IMG/VR virus record: IMGVR_UViG_3300042484_001031
Span: 1-64,000 of that record
Source of the DNA: an uncultured virus (IMG/VR IMGVR_UViG_3300042484_001031)
Taxonomy: Duplodnaviria; Heunggongvirae; Uroviricota; Caudoviricetes
Length of the DNA: 64,000 nt
Reading direction: 5' to 3' (one strand)
The notes under the pieces were generated by a model. It was not told where the DNA came from. It ran no database searches and saw only the letters and a program-made list of their open reading frames with translations. Of the stretch, positions 16,111 through 25,621 are shown in pieces; position 1 is the first letter of the stretch, and each line of letters begins with the position of its first letter. A program made the position numbers and the translations under genes.

Positions 16111-16706
16111 TTTTTAATATCCAATATAGAAACTATACGAGGTTGTTCTACATTCATTTCTTCATAATCAACCCCGTGACTTAAATTACCATCATCAAAC
16201 ATAAAAGAATTATCCATTCCTTCTTCCCATTTCTTTTTATCTCCCTCAATGTTAAATGTAAATCCGGGATTTGTTTGAAAACATATATGGGCTCGCCAAG
16301 CATGATTACTAACTCCATAATGATATGATAAGTTTGCTTTGGGATATGCAATATTAAAGAAACATTGTTCCAGTGTGTCATCAAACGTGTTTATAAAATC
16401 CTGCCATCTTATCAATTTGTTATACACTTCAGGATATCTATTTTTAAATGGGTATCTATATAAACCATGTGTATCTGTCCATCTTGTTAATCTTAATTCA
16501 TTTACATCTAATAAAGTTTTAGTAAGCTTAAATGCAACAACATCAATTCTACCATCATATAATAATTCTCCGGTGTTTCGTATGTATTTAGGTTTATCTG
16601 CCTTATTCATAGGCATCACGTGTTCAATAAATTCTGATTTTAACTCATCGTAATGAGTTGTATAATAATCAGCTATTTTTCCAATAAAAGGTAAAAAATG
16701 TGTCAT
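16107..16706 (-). CDS. AspH-like Fe(II)/2OG oxygenase
   Basis: YHYG...RAHI...WEEG...FDD...HGV...RIVSILDI. Confidence 0.75.
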   Translation of the reverse strand: MTHFLPFIGKIADYYTTHYDELKSEFIEHVMPMNKADKPKYIRNTGELLYDGRIDVVAFKLTKTLLDVNELRLTRWTDTHGLYRYPFKNRYPEVYNKLIRWQDFINTFDDTLEQCFFNIAYPKANLSYHYGVSNHAWRAHICFQTNPGFTFNIEGDKKKWEEGMDNSFMFDDGNLSHGVDYEEMNVEQPRIVSILDIKK

Positions 16707-16738
16707 TATTATTTCAATAAAAATTAATCTCTAGGGTG

Positions 16739-17332
16739 CTATATCTCATCTTTATACCTGATCATCTTATTTAATATATCAAACTTAGTACCAAATCCAT
16801 ATGTAATAAGATATCTAGGTATATCTAGTTTACCCTCGACTGCATGAATTTGATTAGTATTTAATAAGTACCCAAACCCTTCTTCAACTATATAGGAACT
16901 ATGATTATTTTCAAAGTTTTCATAAACACCGTCATTACTTATTTTAGTGATTGCTGTAGAACTATTTTTAATCCCTATATTAATACATGAGTATCTCCCG
17001 GCTTCATCTCTATGAGGTATAATATTACCTAAGGTACGTATTAAATGAACTCTTTCTATAGTAGGTGGAGAATTATTTGGGAGAACAGTGGTCAATACTT
17101 CTATCACTTTGTTAACCATTTGAGATAATATCGGGTGCTTAAATGTATGCCGAGTAAATGCAATTGATCCTATTATAGATCCTTCATTTCTATATTCCAT
17201 CCAGCACGGGTAGTCGGGTATTACAAAATCTCCACCATATTTATGAATAACAGTTTCTAGTTTTTCTGCTTCATCAACATATATTTGAAAATCGTTTGGA
17301 TTAATTAATTTACCTAGAGGTATAATGTTCAT
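16739..17332 (-). CDS. cupin / Fe(II)-2OG oxygenase-like protein
   Basis: PHRDE...INIG...IHAVEG...RYLI. Confidence 0.65.
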   Translation of the reverse strand: MNIIPLGKLINPNDFQIYVDEAEKLETVIHKYGGDFVIPDYPCWMEYRNEGSIIGSIAFTRHTFKHPILSQMVNKVIEVLTTVLPNNSPPTIERVHLIRTLGNIIPHRDEAGRYSCINIGIKNSSTAITKISNDGVYENFENNHSSYIVEEGFGYLLNTNQIHAVEGKLDIPRYLITYGFGTKFDILNKMIRYKDEI

Positions 17333-17868
17333 TTTTGATACTCTGCCACGTATTGTTCTGTATAGTAGATTGTTTTCTTTCCAATTGGTTTAAAATTTCG
17401 ATATATGTCAGGCCAATCATTAAATAATCCACCTGCTTTACCTTGTTCCACTCTAACAAACCATTCGTAAATCTTTTTATTGTATTCATTACATGTAAAC
17501 CATATATGTTTGTAATCTTTTACTTCTGCTAAGGCTAATGGTAGAATATTATTAGCTATATGATAGTTCATTCTAAACTTGGGTATAGTATACATACGTG
17601 TTAACATTAATGCAATATTATTGTCTAAATCATATTCATTCCATCCTGCACTAGCAATATAATTACCATCTTCCTCTATAATATAGTATTTACCCTGCCC
17701 TAATTTATATCTTCCGGACTTTAATGTATTAAACAAATTACCCGGAGTACTTTCATAATCCGGGTGATAGTTAGTAACATAACTTTCTTTATCAATGTGT
17801 GATAAACCTTGTTTTAATAAAGTTATTACACGTTGATTATTTAGGCCATGTATTTCATGCACGATCAT
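17329..17868 (-). CDS. GNAT-like acyltransferase
   Basis: YIIEEDGNYIASAG...RMYTIPKFR...CNEYN. Confidence 0.55.
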   Translation of the reverse strand: MIVHEIHGLNNQRVITLLKQGLSHIDKESYVTNYHPDYESTPGNLFNTLKSGRYKLGQGKYYIIEEDGNYIASAGWNEYDLDNNIALMLTRMYTIPKFRMNYHIANNILPLALAEVKDYKHIWFTCNEYNKKIYEWFVRVEQGKAGGLFNDWPDIYRNFKPIGKKTIYYTEQYVAEYQK

Positions 17869-17997
17869 TTATAATGTTTCGTAGTCTACTTTAAAACCAC
17901 CGCACTCTGGACAAGGAAAATCTTCTGGTAGATCATCCCATTTACCTTCTGTTTCTTCATCGTGAACATGTCCACAAATTACACATACATGATCCAT
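17869..17997 (-). CDS. rubredoxin (42 aa)
   Basis: Manually translated MDHVCVICGHVHDEETEGKWDDLPEDFPCPECGGFKVDYETL; two CxxC motifs; TAATG coupling to rubrerythrin. Confidence 0.9.
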   Translation of the reverse strand: MDHVCVICGHVHDEETEGKWDDLPEDFPCPECGGFKVDYETL

Positions 17998-18461
17998 TAT
18001 TCTGCTCCCTTTGTTAATTCATCTAATTTAGCTTGATATGCTTCAGCATGGCGCTTCTCTACTTTAGCAAGAGCCGCAAAACGTTTTTCAGCTTTCTTTA
18101 GTATTTCTTGGAACTCACTAGCATGACGCTGTGATTCTTCAATCTGATGTTGTGCTTCTTTGGCTGCACCTAGATTACCTTCAAATTCAGCAATCTCACG
18201 GAACTCTGGGTACATAATCTGATACTCATAAGTCTCACCCTCAATAGCCATCTCTAAACATTGTTTAGTATCTGGTTTCTTAATAAGTAATTCTAAATGA
18301 CCCCATGCATGTAATAATTCTTGGTCTGCTGTATGCTCAAAATGTTTTGCAATATCTTCATGCCCCTCAGCACGTGCAATTTTTGCAAAATATTTATATT
18401 TTACATGTGCCTGGCTTTCACCGGCTAGTGCCCCTTGTAGGCTAGTTATAGTTTCTGACAT
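17997..18461 (-). CDS. rubrerythrin (diiron domain)
   Basis: AGESQA..KY..FA...QELLHA...GETYEY..MYP...ESQRHA...EKRHA. Confidence 0.92.
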   Translation of the reverse strand: MSETITSLQGALAGESQAHVKYKYFAKIARAEGHEDIAKHFEHTADQELLHAWGHLELLIKKPDTKQCLEMAIEGETYEYQIMYPEFREIAEFEGNLGAAKEAQHQIEESQRHASEFQEILKKAEKRFAALAKVEKRHAEAYQAKLDELTKGAE

Positions 18462-18482
18462 AGTTTCTCCTTTGTGTGTATA

Positions 18483-18785
18483 TCATTCATCAGATGGTAT
18501 TAAACCATTACTGTGTTTATCTGTTGTTTTTTCAACATCCTGAAACAAACGTTTCTCTTGTGCTGTTAATGTATCTTTATGTGATCTGCGTGGGTTACCG
18601 CATAAGGGACATTGTGGGTTACCACAATCCATAACATGATGTTTAGCTAACCGATGTGGTTCTTTTATTACTTTATCTTTGTTAGATAATCCGTGTGCTT
18701 TTGCTATCTTAACTTGTTTCTTAACTGCTAGTTCGTCACGATGACGGCGTTGTGAGTTTAAAAATTTTGCTAATTCATTGGCCAT
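18483..18785 (-). CDS. hypothetical protein with CxxxxCxxC motif
   Basis: HHVMDCGNPQCPLCGNPR. Confidence 0.7.
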   Translation of the reverse strand: MANELAKFLNSQRRHRDELAVKKQVKIAKAHGLSNKDKVIKEPHRLAKHHVMDCGNPQCPLCGNPRRSHKDTLTAQEKRLFQDVEKTTDKHSNGLIPSDE

Positions 18786-19164
18786 TATATCTCTTTCTAT
18801 AATCTTCTACTGCGGCTTTGATGGCGTCTTCGGCGAGGATACTGCAGTGGATTTTGACTGGGGGGAGGCTGAGTTCGTCGGCAATATGGGAGTTTTTAAT
18901 GGATGTTGCTTCATCCAATGTTTTACCCTTGACCCAGTCTGTGACAAGACTTGAAGAAGCAATTGCCGACCCACACCCATATGTTTTAAATTTGGCATCT
19001 GTTATAATTCCTGTTTCTTTATTTACTTTAATTTGTAATTTCATTACATCACCGCATGCAGGTGCGCCAACCATACCAGTACCAATACCAGTATCACTCT
19101 TATCAAAAGATCCGACATTCCTGGGATTTTCATAGTGGTCAATAACTTGTGCGCTATAAGCCAT
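18775..19164 (-). CDS. iscU: Fe-S cluster scaffold IscU
   Basis: DHYENPRNVG, GAPACGDVM, GCGSAIASSS, LPPVKIHCS. Confidence 0.97.
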   Translation of the reverse strand: MAYSAQVIDHYENPRNVGSFDKSDTGIGTGMVGAPACGDVMKLQIKVNKETGIITDAKFKTYGCGSAIASSSLVTDWVKGKTLDEATSIKNSHIADELSLPPVKIHCSILAEDAIKAAVEDYRKRYNGQ

Positions 19165-19167
19165 ATA

Positions 19168-19284
19168 TTAATCCTTTTTGAACATAGTCAAAATCTTTGC
19201 TTGTATATTCTTTGCAAACTGAGGCTGCGGGAAATTCCAACCAATAAATGCACCTAGTGCTAACCAAAATAACGTTTCTAACAT
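19168..19284 (-). CDS. small membrane protein (38 aa)
   Basis: MLETLFWLALGAFIGWNFPQPQFAK...; SD AAGGAG; below the ORF-track cutoff. Confidence 0.7.
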   Translation of the reverse strand: MLETLFWLALGAFIGWNFPQPQFAKNIQAKILTMFKKD

Positions 19285-19312
19285 AATATATTCTCCTTGT
19301 ATGTTATTGTAT

Positions 19313-19873
19313 TTAGTCGTTAGGATCATCTATTACAATCCAACCTAATTTTAACAAATCTTCTCGTATTTCAACTGTTACAACACTTTCTGGAACAAAC
19401 TTCTTACATTGTATGTAATATTCTTGTTGTTCTTTAGTTAATGCTTGATATTCATCATCATCTAGTATCTTAGTATCTCTGATACCAGAGCAATACCAAT
19501 CAATGTAGTCACCCTTCTCTTGCATATCAGCAACAATACCACCAGCATGTCTCCAACTACAACTCCACTTTTTCTCAGTTAGTATGGGCCATACATCATT
19601 TTTAGTAAAATCATTGTTACACATGGAAGCATAAAGATGTTGAGCATAAACATCATCAGCCTTAGTTTTATCAATTATCCATTGAGTACTACGTAAGTCA
19701 TACTCCATGTTGTCTTTTTGCCACTCAGGATCTACTATGTTGGCTTCATCTTGTTCTTTGGCTGTTTTCCACATGTTAATGTAAGTTTCAGGAAGTTCTT
19801 TACCATCTTCTTCTGCACGTTTCTTTGCACCTTCAAGTTGGAATGTATGACGGTTTGGACTACTACTTATCAT
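19313..19873 (-). CDS. hypothetical protein
   Basis: 186-aa ORF in the operon with overlapping neighbours. Confidence 0.75.
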   Translation of the reverse strand: MISSSPNRHTFQLEGAKKRAEEDGKELPETYINMWKTAKEQDEANIVDPEWQKDNMEYDLRSTQWIIDKTKADDVYAQHLYASMCNNDFTKNDVWPILTEKKWSCSWRHAGGIVADMQEKGDYIDWYCSGIRDTKILDDDEYQALTKEQQEYYIQCKKFVPESVVTVEIREDLLKLGWIVIDDPND

Positions 19874-20339
19874 CTTCTACCTCTATCCAAGTGTGATCGC
19901 CTAACCATTTAACTCTACAAATATATTCGTACTGTTCAGGGGCAGTACCCGACCAATCATTGGGTCCATGAATACTTAATCTAGTAAACTGTTTCAATGT
20001 ATCAAACAACAACCAATAGATATTACCATTTGCCAATTGAAAATCGTATTTTGCGGCATGAATCATATCAGTCAAATCTAATCTATGTTTAATCTGTTCT
20101 GCTTGTTTCTGTAATACAGTTACTAGTTCCATGATTCTATCATATTCTTGTTTAGCATGTAGTCTAGCAACATTAAGCATAATATCTTTATGCTTCTCTA
20201 CAGGAACTAAATCAAACTTGGGTCCACTACTTTCTGTGGGATAAGGTGTTACATTACGATTAAAGAAATGTATCAATGATCCACTAGTGGTGGAATCATA
20301 ACTGCTAACACCATTTGCTGAATTTGGTTTGTCTGACAT
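19863..20339 (-). CDS. hypothetical protein, DUF2452-like
   Basis: Coiled coil then AKYDFQ..GNIYWL..LSIHGPNDW; family recalled from memory, unverified. Confidence 0.55.
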   Translation of the reverse strand: MSDKPNSANGVSSYDSTTSGSLIHFFNRNVTPYPTESSGPKFDLVPVEKHKDIMLNVARLHAKQEYDRIMELVTVLQKQAEQIKHRLDLTDMIHAAKYDFQLANGNIYWLLFDTLKQFTRLSIHGPNDWSGTAPEQYEYICRVKWLGDHTWIEVEDDK

Positions 20340-20345
20340 TAGATA

Positions 20346-20939
20346 TTATATATCATTTTCTGATTTAACTGTAATCTTTTGGGTAGGCTTTTTAGCCTTA
20401 CTATAGAATATGTGATTGCCAATCTTTGCTACTTGTTTATAAGGCCATAATGGATCTACACTTAAATTGTGAAAAAATAATGTTGATTTTGGCACTACAT
20501 CAGTATACGCATCATGTGCTAGTACATCATATGCTACCTGTTCTGCTTGTTTATATCTTGCGCTGTTTTTATTGGGATCATTTTTCCCCTCACATACCCA
20601 ACTAAACTGACATAGTTTTACCTTTTGCATTTCATCGTCTATAATTTTATCTACATATGATGCTTGATATATTACAGCGCAGGGATCTTTGCCAAATCCA
20701 TGTGCTATTCTATTCATTACCACACGTGCTACTGCCGCTTGCCCATTTAATGATTCACCACCTGCTTCATAAAATATATTCTTGGCCATACATGTTAATT
20801 GCTTTGGATCTACCGTTTTTGCAACTTTGGGTTCTTCTACAGGTTTAGGTTCTGTTGATGTTGTCAATTGGTCAAACGTTAGAACCACTGTTATAAGTAT
20901 TAATACTATTAAAATTTTAATAGGTTGGATTAAATTCAT
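20346..20939 (-). CDS. SleB-like cell wall hydrolase (Hydrolase_2)
   Basis: CMAKNIFYEAGGES..GQAAVARVVMNR, CQFSW, IGNHIFY; N-terminal hydrophobic anchor. Confidence 0.92.
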   Translation of the reverse strand: MNLIQPIKILIVLILITVVLTFDQLTTSTEPKPVEEPKVAKTVDPKQLTCMAKNIFYEAGGESLNGQAAVARVVMNRIAHGFGKDPCAVIYQASYVDKIIDDEMQKVKLCQFSWVCEGKNDPNKNSARYKQAEQVAYDVLAHDAYTDVVPKSTLFFHNLSVDPLWPYKQVAKIGNHIFYSKAKKPTQKITVKSENDI

Positions 20940-20975
20940 AATTTATCCTTTCTGCTTATTTCTAAGCTATGAAAT

Positions 20976-22556
20976 TTAGATGTTATCCCAGCAGTCGCAA
21001 TTGCAACGAATTACTTCGTCTATTGCTTCTGGTACGGAATATGTTGCAGGTAACAGTATATCAGATGCATATATTACTGATAACTGAGGTGGTATTAGAT
21101 TACGATACCTTGATCCTGCAAAACTGCCCGGCTCAACTGCTTCGCCGGTGTCTATTGCTACACCGTCACTATAATAACGGTCATCAACTGGATCATAATA
21201 TCCTAGAGGAGTAGGTGATCCAATTTCGGTTGCTAATGTTGCTGGAATACTACCACCCAACGTTCCATTAGCTATTAACTCTGACTCTTGTTGTTTAGTT
21301 AATTTGTTATCTATGTTGTTGTCTACTGGTATACCCGCTTCTTGCAATCTAGCTTGATTGCGAGATTCACGTAACATTGCTACCAGACTTTGTCCGCCCA
21401 CTGTATTGTAATTAGCAATAGCTTCTAATGTTTGTGAATACATATGTGGCTGTGTAAATGTAGCATAACGAGGTATAGTATCTACGAAAGCATACTGTGT
21501 TGCAGGAAATGTTGCTATTGTTGGTTCTCTTAAGTTATCCGGAGAACTATTGGGTACTCTAATTGACATACCTGTAAAAATTGCACGTTGTTCAGTTGAC
21601 AGTATTGTTCCAGTTAACTCCCAATTAGTAATTAATCGTTGTGCAGTTGCTGGATTATTATTTTTAATTGATAGTATCTCTGCATTGGCAGCATCAATGT
21701 AACCTTGAACAATCGTATTATCAAAACTTGAACCGCCCGGGGGATATGCAATTGATATCGTAGGAACGGATGAAGTTGTTCCAGCTGTAAAGTTCAATGC
21801 AGTAACTTTACCAAAATTTGTAATGTCAGTGTCATCGGTTCCTATAGTAGCAGTAACAGTAGCGCCGTTAACTGTAACTACAGGTGCGGCTGCCCCCTCA
21901 CGTCCATATCCACCACCTGGATCAGTAAGTGTTACACCTGTAGTAGTGTATGTGCTTATACCATCATATGTATATTGTATTGATGCGGTAGCACGTTCCC
22001 ATGTTACTGCTAGATATAATTGCTTATAAATGTTAAGTAGTGTACTTGTTTGTAAATTCTTTGTTAGTCCGTCAATATCTATACCAAGATAAGGTAATCC
22101 ACTCATACATCCTAAGAAATTACTCATAGTATATGTACCATACGGACCATTACCCAATGCAATTAATGCTAATCCTTGACTTGCTAGTGTAGTATCAGTT
22201 GGAACATTAGTGCCATTAACGTTCAAATTTTTAATTGTTTCTAAACTATTAACTACTTGTGCAAACTTTTCAATTGGTACACTAGAAATGTTTTTAATCT
22301 GTTGCATTGACACACTAAAGCAACCGGCAGCTTTAGCAATATCAGGTGGTAATATACCATCTAAATATGCACCAAACCCTTGTGGTATAGCTTGTATTGT
22401 TAATATATTAGATTGAGTACCTTCAGGCGTAATCTGTTCTGTACTAGATTGAGCAACATTTGTATTAGGACTAGTAGTTTCATATGCATTACTAGCAGGA
22501 GCATCCATATCATTGCGCTCTGATACTACTCTAAGATTTTGAAAGAAGCCAGCCAT
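20976..22556 (-). CDS. hypothetical, probable virion/baseplate protein
   Basis: 526-aa ORF downstream of PAAR; LTDPGGGY beta-module; C-terminal CNCDC. Confidence 0.6.
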   Translation of the reverse strand: MAGFFQNLRVVSERNDMDAPASNAYETTSPNTNVAQSSTEQITPEGTQSNILTIQAIPQGFGAYLDGILPPDIAKAAGCFSVSMQQIKNISSVPIEKFAQVVNSLETIKNLNVNGTNVPTDTTLASQGLALIALGNGPYGTYTMSNFLGCMSGLPYLGIDIDGLTKNLQTSTLLNIYKQLYLAVTWERATASIQYTYDGISTYTTTGVTLTDPGGGYGREGAAAPVVTVNGATVTATIGTDDTDITNFGKVTALNFTAGTTSSVPTISIAYPPGGSSFDNTIVQGYIDAANAEILSIKNNNPATAQRLITNWELTGTILSTEQRAIFTGMSIRVPNSSPDNLREPTIATFPATQYAFVDTIPRYATFTQPHMYSQTLEAIANYNTVGGQSLVAMLRESRNQARLQEAGIPVDNNIDNKLTKQQESELIANGTLGGSIPATLATEIGSPTPLGYYDPVDDRYYSDGVAIDTGEAVEPGSFAGSRYRNLIPPQLSVIYASDILLPATYSVPEAIDEVIRCNCDCWDNI

Positions 22557-22561
22557 TATAA

Positions 22562-23683
22562 TTAACTCCCTATACCGGTAGCTGATGTACCACCTAAAGC
22601 ACGACCAACTGATTGACTAGTTGCTGTAGGTGATCTTAACTGACTATTCAACCCATCATTCACGTATATAGGATAATATATTTTACTATTAGCTGGTCCA
22701 CCTACTGTATTATAAACCGGAACTGTTAATGATGCATAACTATTAGGGAACAACTTTATTGGACTTAATAAATCAGCTAATGATTCTAAACCAGCTGTCT
22801 TGCAATTCAATGATACTAACACATCTTTCAAATCTTGTCCTAATATAATACCAAATGCCCCGTATATTTTACGTTCTTGTTCTTTGGTTACTGATGATAT
22901 ATTACCCAGCATTTGTTCTAACTCTGTTACAGTAATGTTACTTGCAATTAATGCAAGACTTACTGAAGAAGTAATACAATTGTTTTTCTGTAATGTAGAT
23001 AACAAGTTACTAGGTAAACCAAATGTTGCAATAGTTTGTAAATTTATCGCTTTGCCACTAGCAAGTAAATCTTGTCCAAATACAGTAGTTGCTACACTTA
23101 CACCGGCAATATCACCTGTTATTAAATCGTTCATATTACTATATGTACCATCTAAAAATTCTTGTGAGTTATTTACTGCTAATATAGCATCATTACTAGA
23201 TTCAATAAAACTATAAGATGACATAAAGCCTGATAAAAAGTCTTTGTATGCTCCACTATCGGCTGATAGTCCACTATTGTAATTAAATTCATTATATCCT
23301 TGTAATGCAAACAATCTTACATAACCCCAACGTGTTACTTCATTTGTATATGTATAGTTACTGGCCCAGTTAGGATATCCAGTCCAATCAAATGTTGATG
23401 GTGGACTATTACCTAATGCAGGAATACTACTTGCCCCAATAGATATTAAATTATTATAGGTTGTACTATTAACTTGTCCTCTACCGTACGCATCATTAAT
23501 TGAATATGTAAGTAATCTTAAACAAGTTTCATTAACAATTTTACCTAATTGAGTAGCAGATGTTACACTGGTACTAGAGCCTGTAAAGGTTATCATAATA
23601 GGATTAATATTAAATCCAATATTTTGTAATAGTGAACTTAATGTATTAACACCTAACGGGCTTTGTTTTCCTGTATCGCTCAT
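22562..23683 (-). CDS. hypothetical, probable virion/baseplate protein
   Basis: 373-aa ORF coupled (ATGA) to PAAR. Confidence 0.6.
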   Translation of the reverse strand: MSDTGKQSPLGVNTLSSLLQNIGFNINPIMITFTGSSTSVTSATQLGKIVNETCLRLLTYSINDAYGRGQVNSTTYNNLISIGASSIPALGNSPPSTFDWTGYPNWASNYTYTNEVTRWGYVRLFALQGYNEFNYNSGLSADSGAYKDFLSGFMSSYSFIESSNDAILAVNNSQEFLDGTYSNMNDLITGDIAGVSVATTVFGQDLLASGKAINLQTIATFGLPSNLLSTLQKNNCITSSVSLALIASNITVTELEQMLGNISSVTKEQERKIYGAFGIILGQDLKDVLVSLNCKTAGLESLADLLSPIKLFPNSYASLTVPVYNTVGGPANSKIYYPIYVNDGLNSQLRSPTATSQSVGRALGGTSATGIGS

Positions 23684-23964
23684 GGAACAAAAACGTCAGG
23701 ACTACCTTGTACGATACTATGACCGCAACTGTTTCCTGACCCTACTCTGAGTACTGGCACACCTTCACAAAACACAGTTGGACTACCATCTGTAGTTGTT
23801 GCCGCTTTATGAGGTGGATGGGGTTTTCTAGCCCAAGGAGCGTGTGGGGTAATCTGACTAACATGTAGCCCTACTTTAATTCCATTAGCAAATACAGTAT
23901 CGGCACCACGCATTATTGCGCCACCTTCTTGATTTGTATCACCTACACGACTTAGTTTTGCCAT
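23680..23964 (-). CDS. PAAR-domain spike tip protein (T4 gp5.4-like)
   Basis: SRVGD...TVFANG...PH...GSPTVFCEG...RVGS..SCGH...GSPDVF. Confidence 0.9.
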   Translation of the reverse strand: MAKLSRVGDTNQEGGAIMRGADTVFANGIKVGLHVSQITPHAPWARKPHPPHKAATTTDGSPTVFCEGVPVLRVGSGNSCGHSIVQGSPDVFVP

Positions 23965-23965
23965 T

Positions 23966-24271
23966 TTATCCCAATACAATTTTTTTACTAGGTACCTTAA
24001 TGCCAGTTGTTGCTTCTAGGTACTTGTCTTTGATGTTATCATCTGTCTCTGCATACATTGCAACACTAGTAGTATTTAGCTTAAATTCACCCTTCGGATT
24101 TGCGGTAAAGATACTTGGAATCATTTGCATACCCTGTTGACTTGGTGCAATAGATACTGGTTCTTCAATCTGAATAAACTCACTACCTGCTTGAATTACT
24201 TTTGCAATTAATTCCTCGCCGGAATTAAGCTTAAATGTGTACACTGTGTTTGGTTGTATTGATATTTGCAT
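23966..24271 (-). CDS. conserved phage protein (Sm-like fold likely)
   Basis: TFKLNSGEELIAKV motif. Confidence 0.6.
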   Translation of the reverse strand: MQISIQPNTVYTFKLNSGEELIAKVIQAGSEFIQIEEPVSIAPSQQGMQMIPSIFTANPKGEFKLNTTSVAMYAETDDNIKDKYLEATTGIKVPSKKIVLG

Positions 24272-24501
24272 TACGCTGCCTTTGTTAAAAATTGTTTAAG
24301 TTCATTGAATCCACCGATTAATTGTCCATCAATTATAATCTGTGGTACTGTTCTAGCTGATGGAATTTCTTCTAATAGTTCTTCTTTTGTATATCCGTCT
24401 CCGATTTTCTTTTCTTCAAACGGTATCTCTCGTTGACCCAACAATGCTTTTGCTTGATCGCAGTAGGGACAATGGTACTTTGACCAAATAATTGCCTTCA
24501 T
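24271..24501 (-). CDS. glutaredoxin
   Basis: CPYC, TVPQI, IGGF; SD AAGGAG before ATG 24501. Confidence 0.95.
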   Translation of the reverse strand: MKAIIWSKYHCPYCDQAKALLGQREIPFEEKKIGDGYTKEELLEEIPSARTVPQIIIDGQLIGGFNELKQFLTKAA

Positions 24502-24511
24502 TTTATTCTCC

Positions 24512-25612
24512 TTAAATATTTGGTAAGTCATCATAGTCTAATGATTCACTCATTACTCCTATAACGTAGTTTGTTGATTCAGTTTCCTGCAATGCAGATT
24601 GTTTCTTACTTGTGTCACTATGTTTATTGAACCAAGGAATAGGTGTACTCTTTGGCGATGGACTATTATATCGTATGCCAATTTCTTTTAATGCACCTAC
24701 GGCCGTATAATCTACAAAGTCTTTTAATACTGTTGCATTTAATCCAATAACAGGGCCCATCTTAAATAGATAATCAGCCCAGTCTTTTTCTTCTTTAATA
24801 ACATCTAGGTATAGTTGATAGACTTCAACTTCGGATTCTGATTTAACTTGTGCAAAACGACTATCTTCTTTTACAACTTGATTAATAAGGTAAGCAGTCC
24901 AGCCTTTATGTAACAATTCATCTTGGAGAATTAAACTGATAATGTTACCATTACCAATAAAGATTTTGTTCTCAACCATTGCTAAACTAGTAGCAAATGA
25001 TACCATAAATCTAAATGCTTCCAATGCGTAACTAGCATGTAATGCCATGTAAATTGCTTTGATGTGTTCTTTCTCGTTTACATCTTGCCCTAACTCTTTG
25101 CGACAGTTAACTTTATGTAGTTCATCATAGTAAAGACCCACACTACTTGCCATGTCAACAATCTCTTTTGTATCATGTATTGTATTGAATACATCTTTGG
25201 GTACATTATATATGTTACGAATGATGTGACTGTATGACCTACTATGAATATTTGATTCAAAAAATCCCCAATTAAACATCAATGCTTCTAGTTCAGGTAA
25301 GGATACTACCGGAGTAAACACTTGAGTTGGACCTCTACCCTGTAAACTATCTAGTGCTGTTTGACGTAACAGATTACTAGTAAAGATATGTTTAACCGCA
25401 TCTGATGCATCTTTGAAATCATTGGCATCTTTGGTTAATGAAATCTCTTCTGGAACCCAGAAGAAACCACGTGCCGTTGTTTCAAAGTCTGCAATCTTTT
25501 TATATTTCACCTCCTCAAACCTTTGAATGGTTACGGGACCTTCCGGGTCCAAAAACATTTTTCTATTCAAATAATCTGTCTTAGTGTGTAAGTTGTATTG
25601 TTGTTTTGACAT
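24512..25612 (-). CDS. nrdB: ribonucleotide reductase class Ia beta subunit
   Basis: FFWVPEEI, LDSLQGR, ESNIHSRSY, LEAFRF, DELLH. Confidence 0.97.
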   Translation of the reverse strand: MSKQQYNLHTKTDYLNRKMFLDPEGPVTIQRFEEVKYKKIADFETTARGFFWVPEEISLTKDANDFKDASDAVKHIFTSNLLRQTALDSLQGRGPTQVFTPVVSLPELEALMFNWGFFESNIHSRSYSHIIRNIYNVPKDVFNTIHDTKEIVDMASSVGLYYDELHKVNCRKELGQDVNEKEHIKAIYMALHASYALEAFRFMVSFATSLAMVENKIFIGNGNIISLILQDELLHKGWTAYLINQVVKEDSRFAQVKSESEVEVYQLYLDVIKEEKDWADYLFKMGPVIGLNATVLKDFVDYTAVGALKEIGIRYNSPSPKSTPIPWFNKHSDTSKKQSALQETESTNYVIGVMSESLDYDDLPNI

Positions 25613-25621
25613 TGTTTTTCC

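Noticed and set aside
20976..23683. Frameshifted single gene across 22556/22562
   Set aside because: The second ORF has its own ATG with GGAG upstream; no evidence for a pseudogene without homolog comparison.
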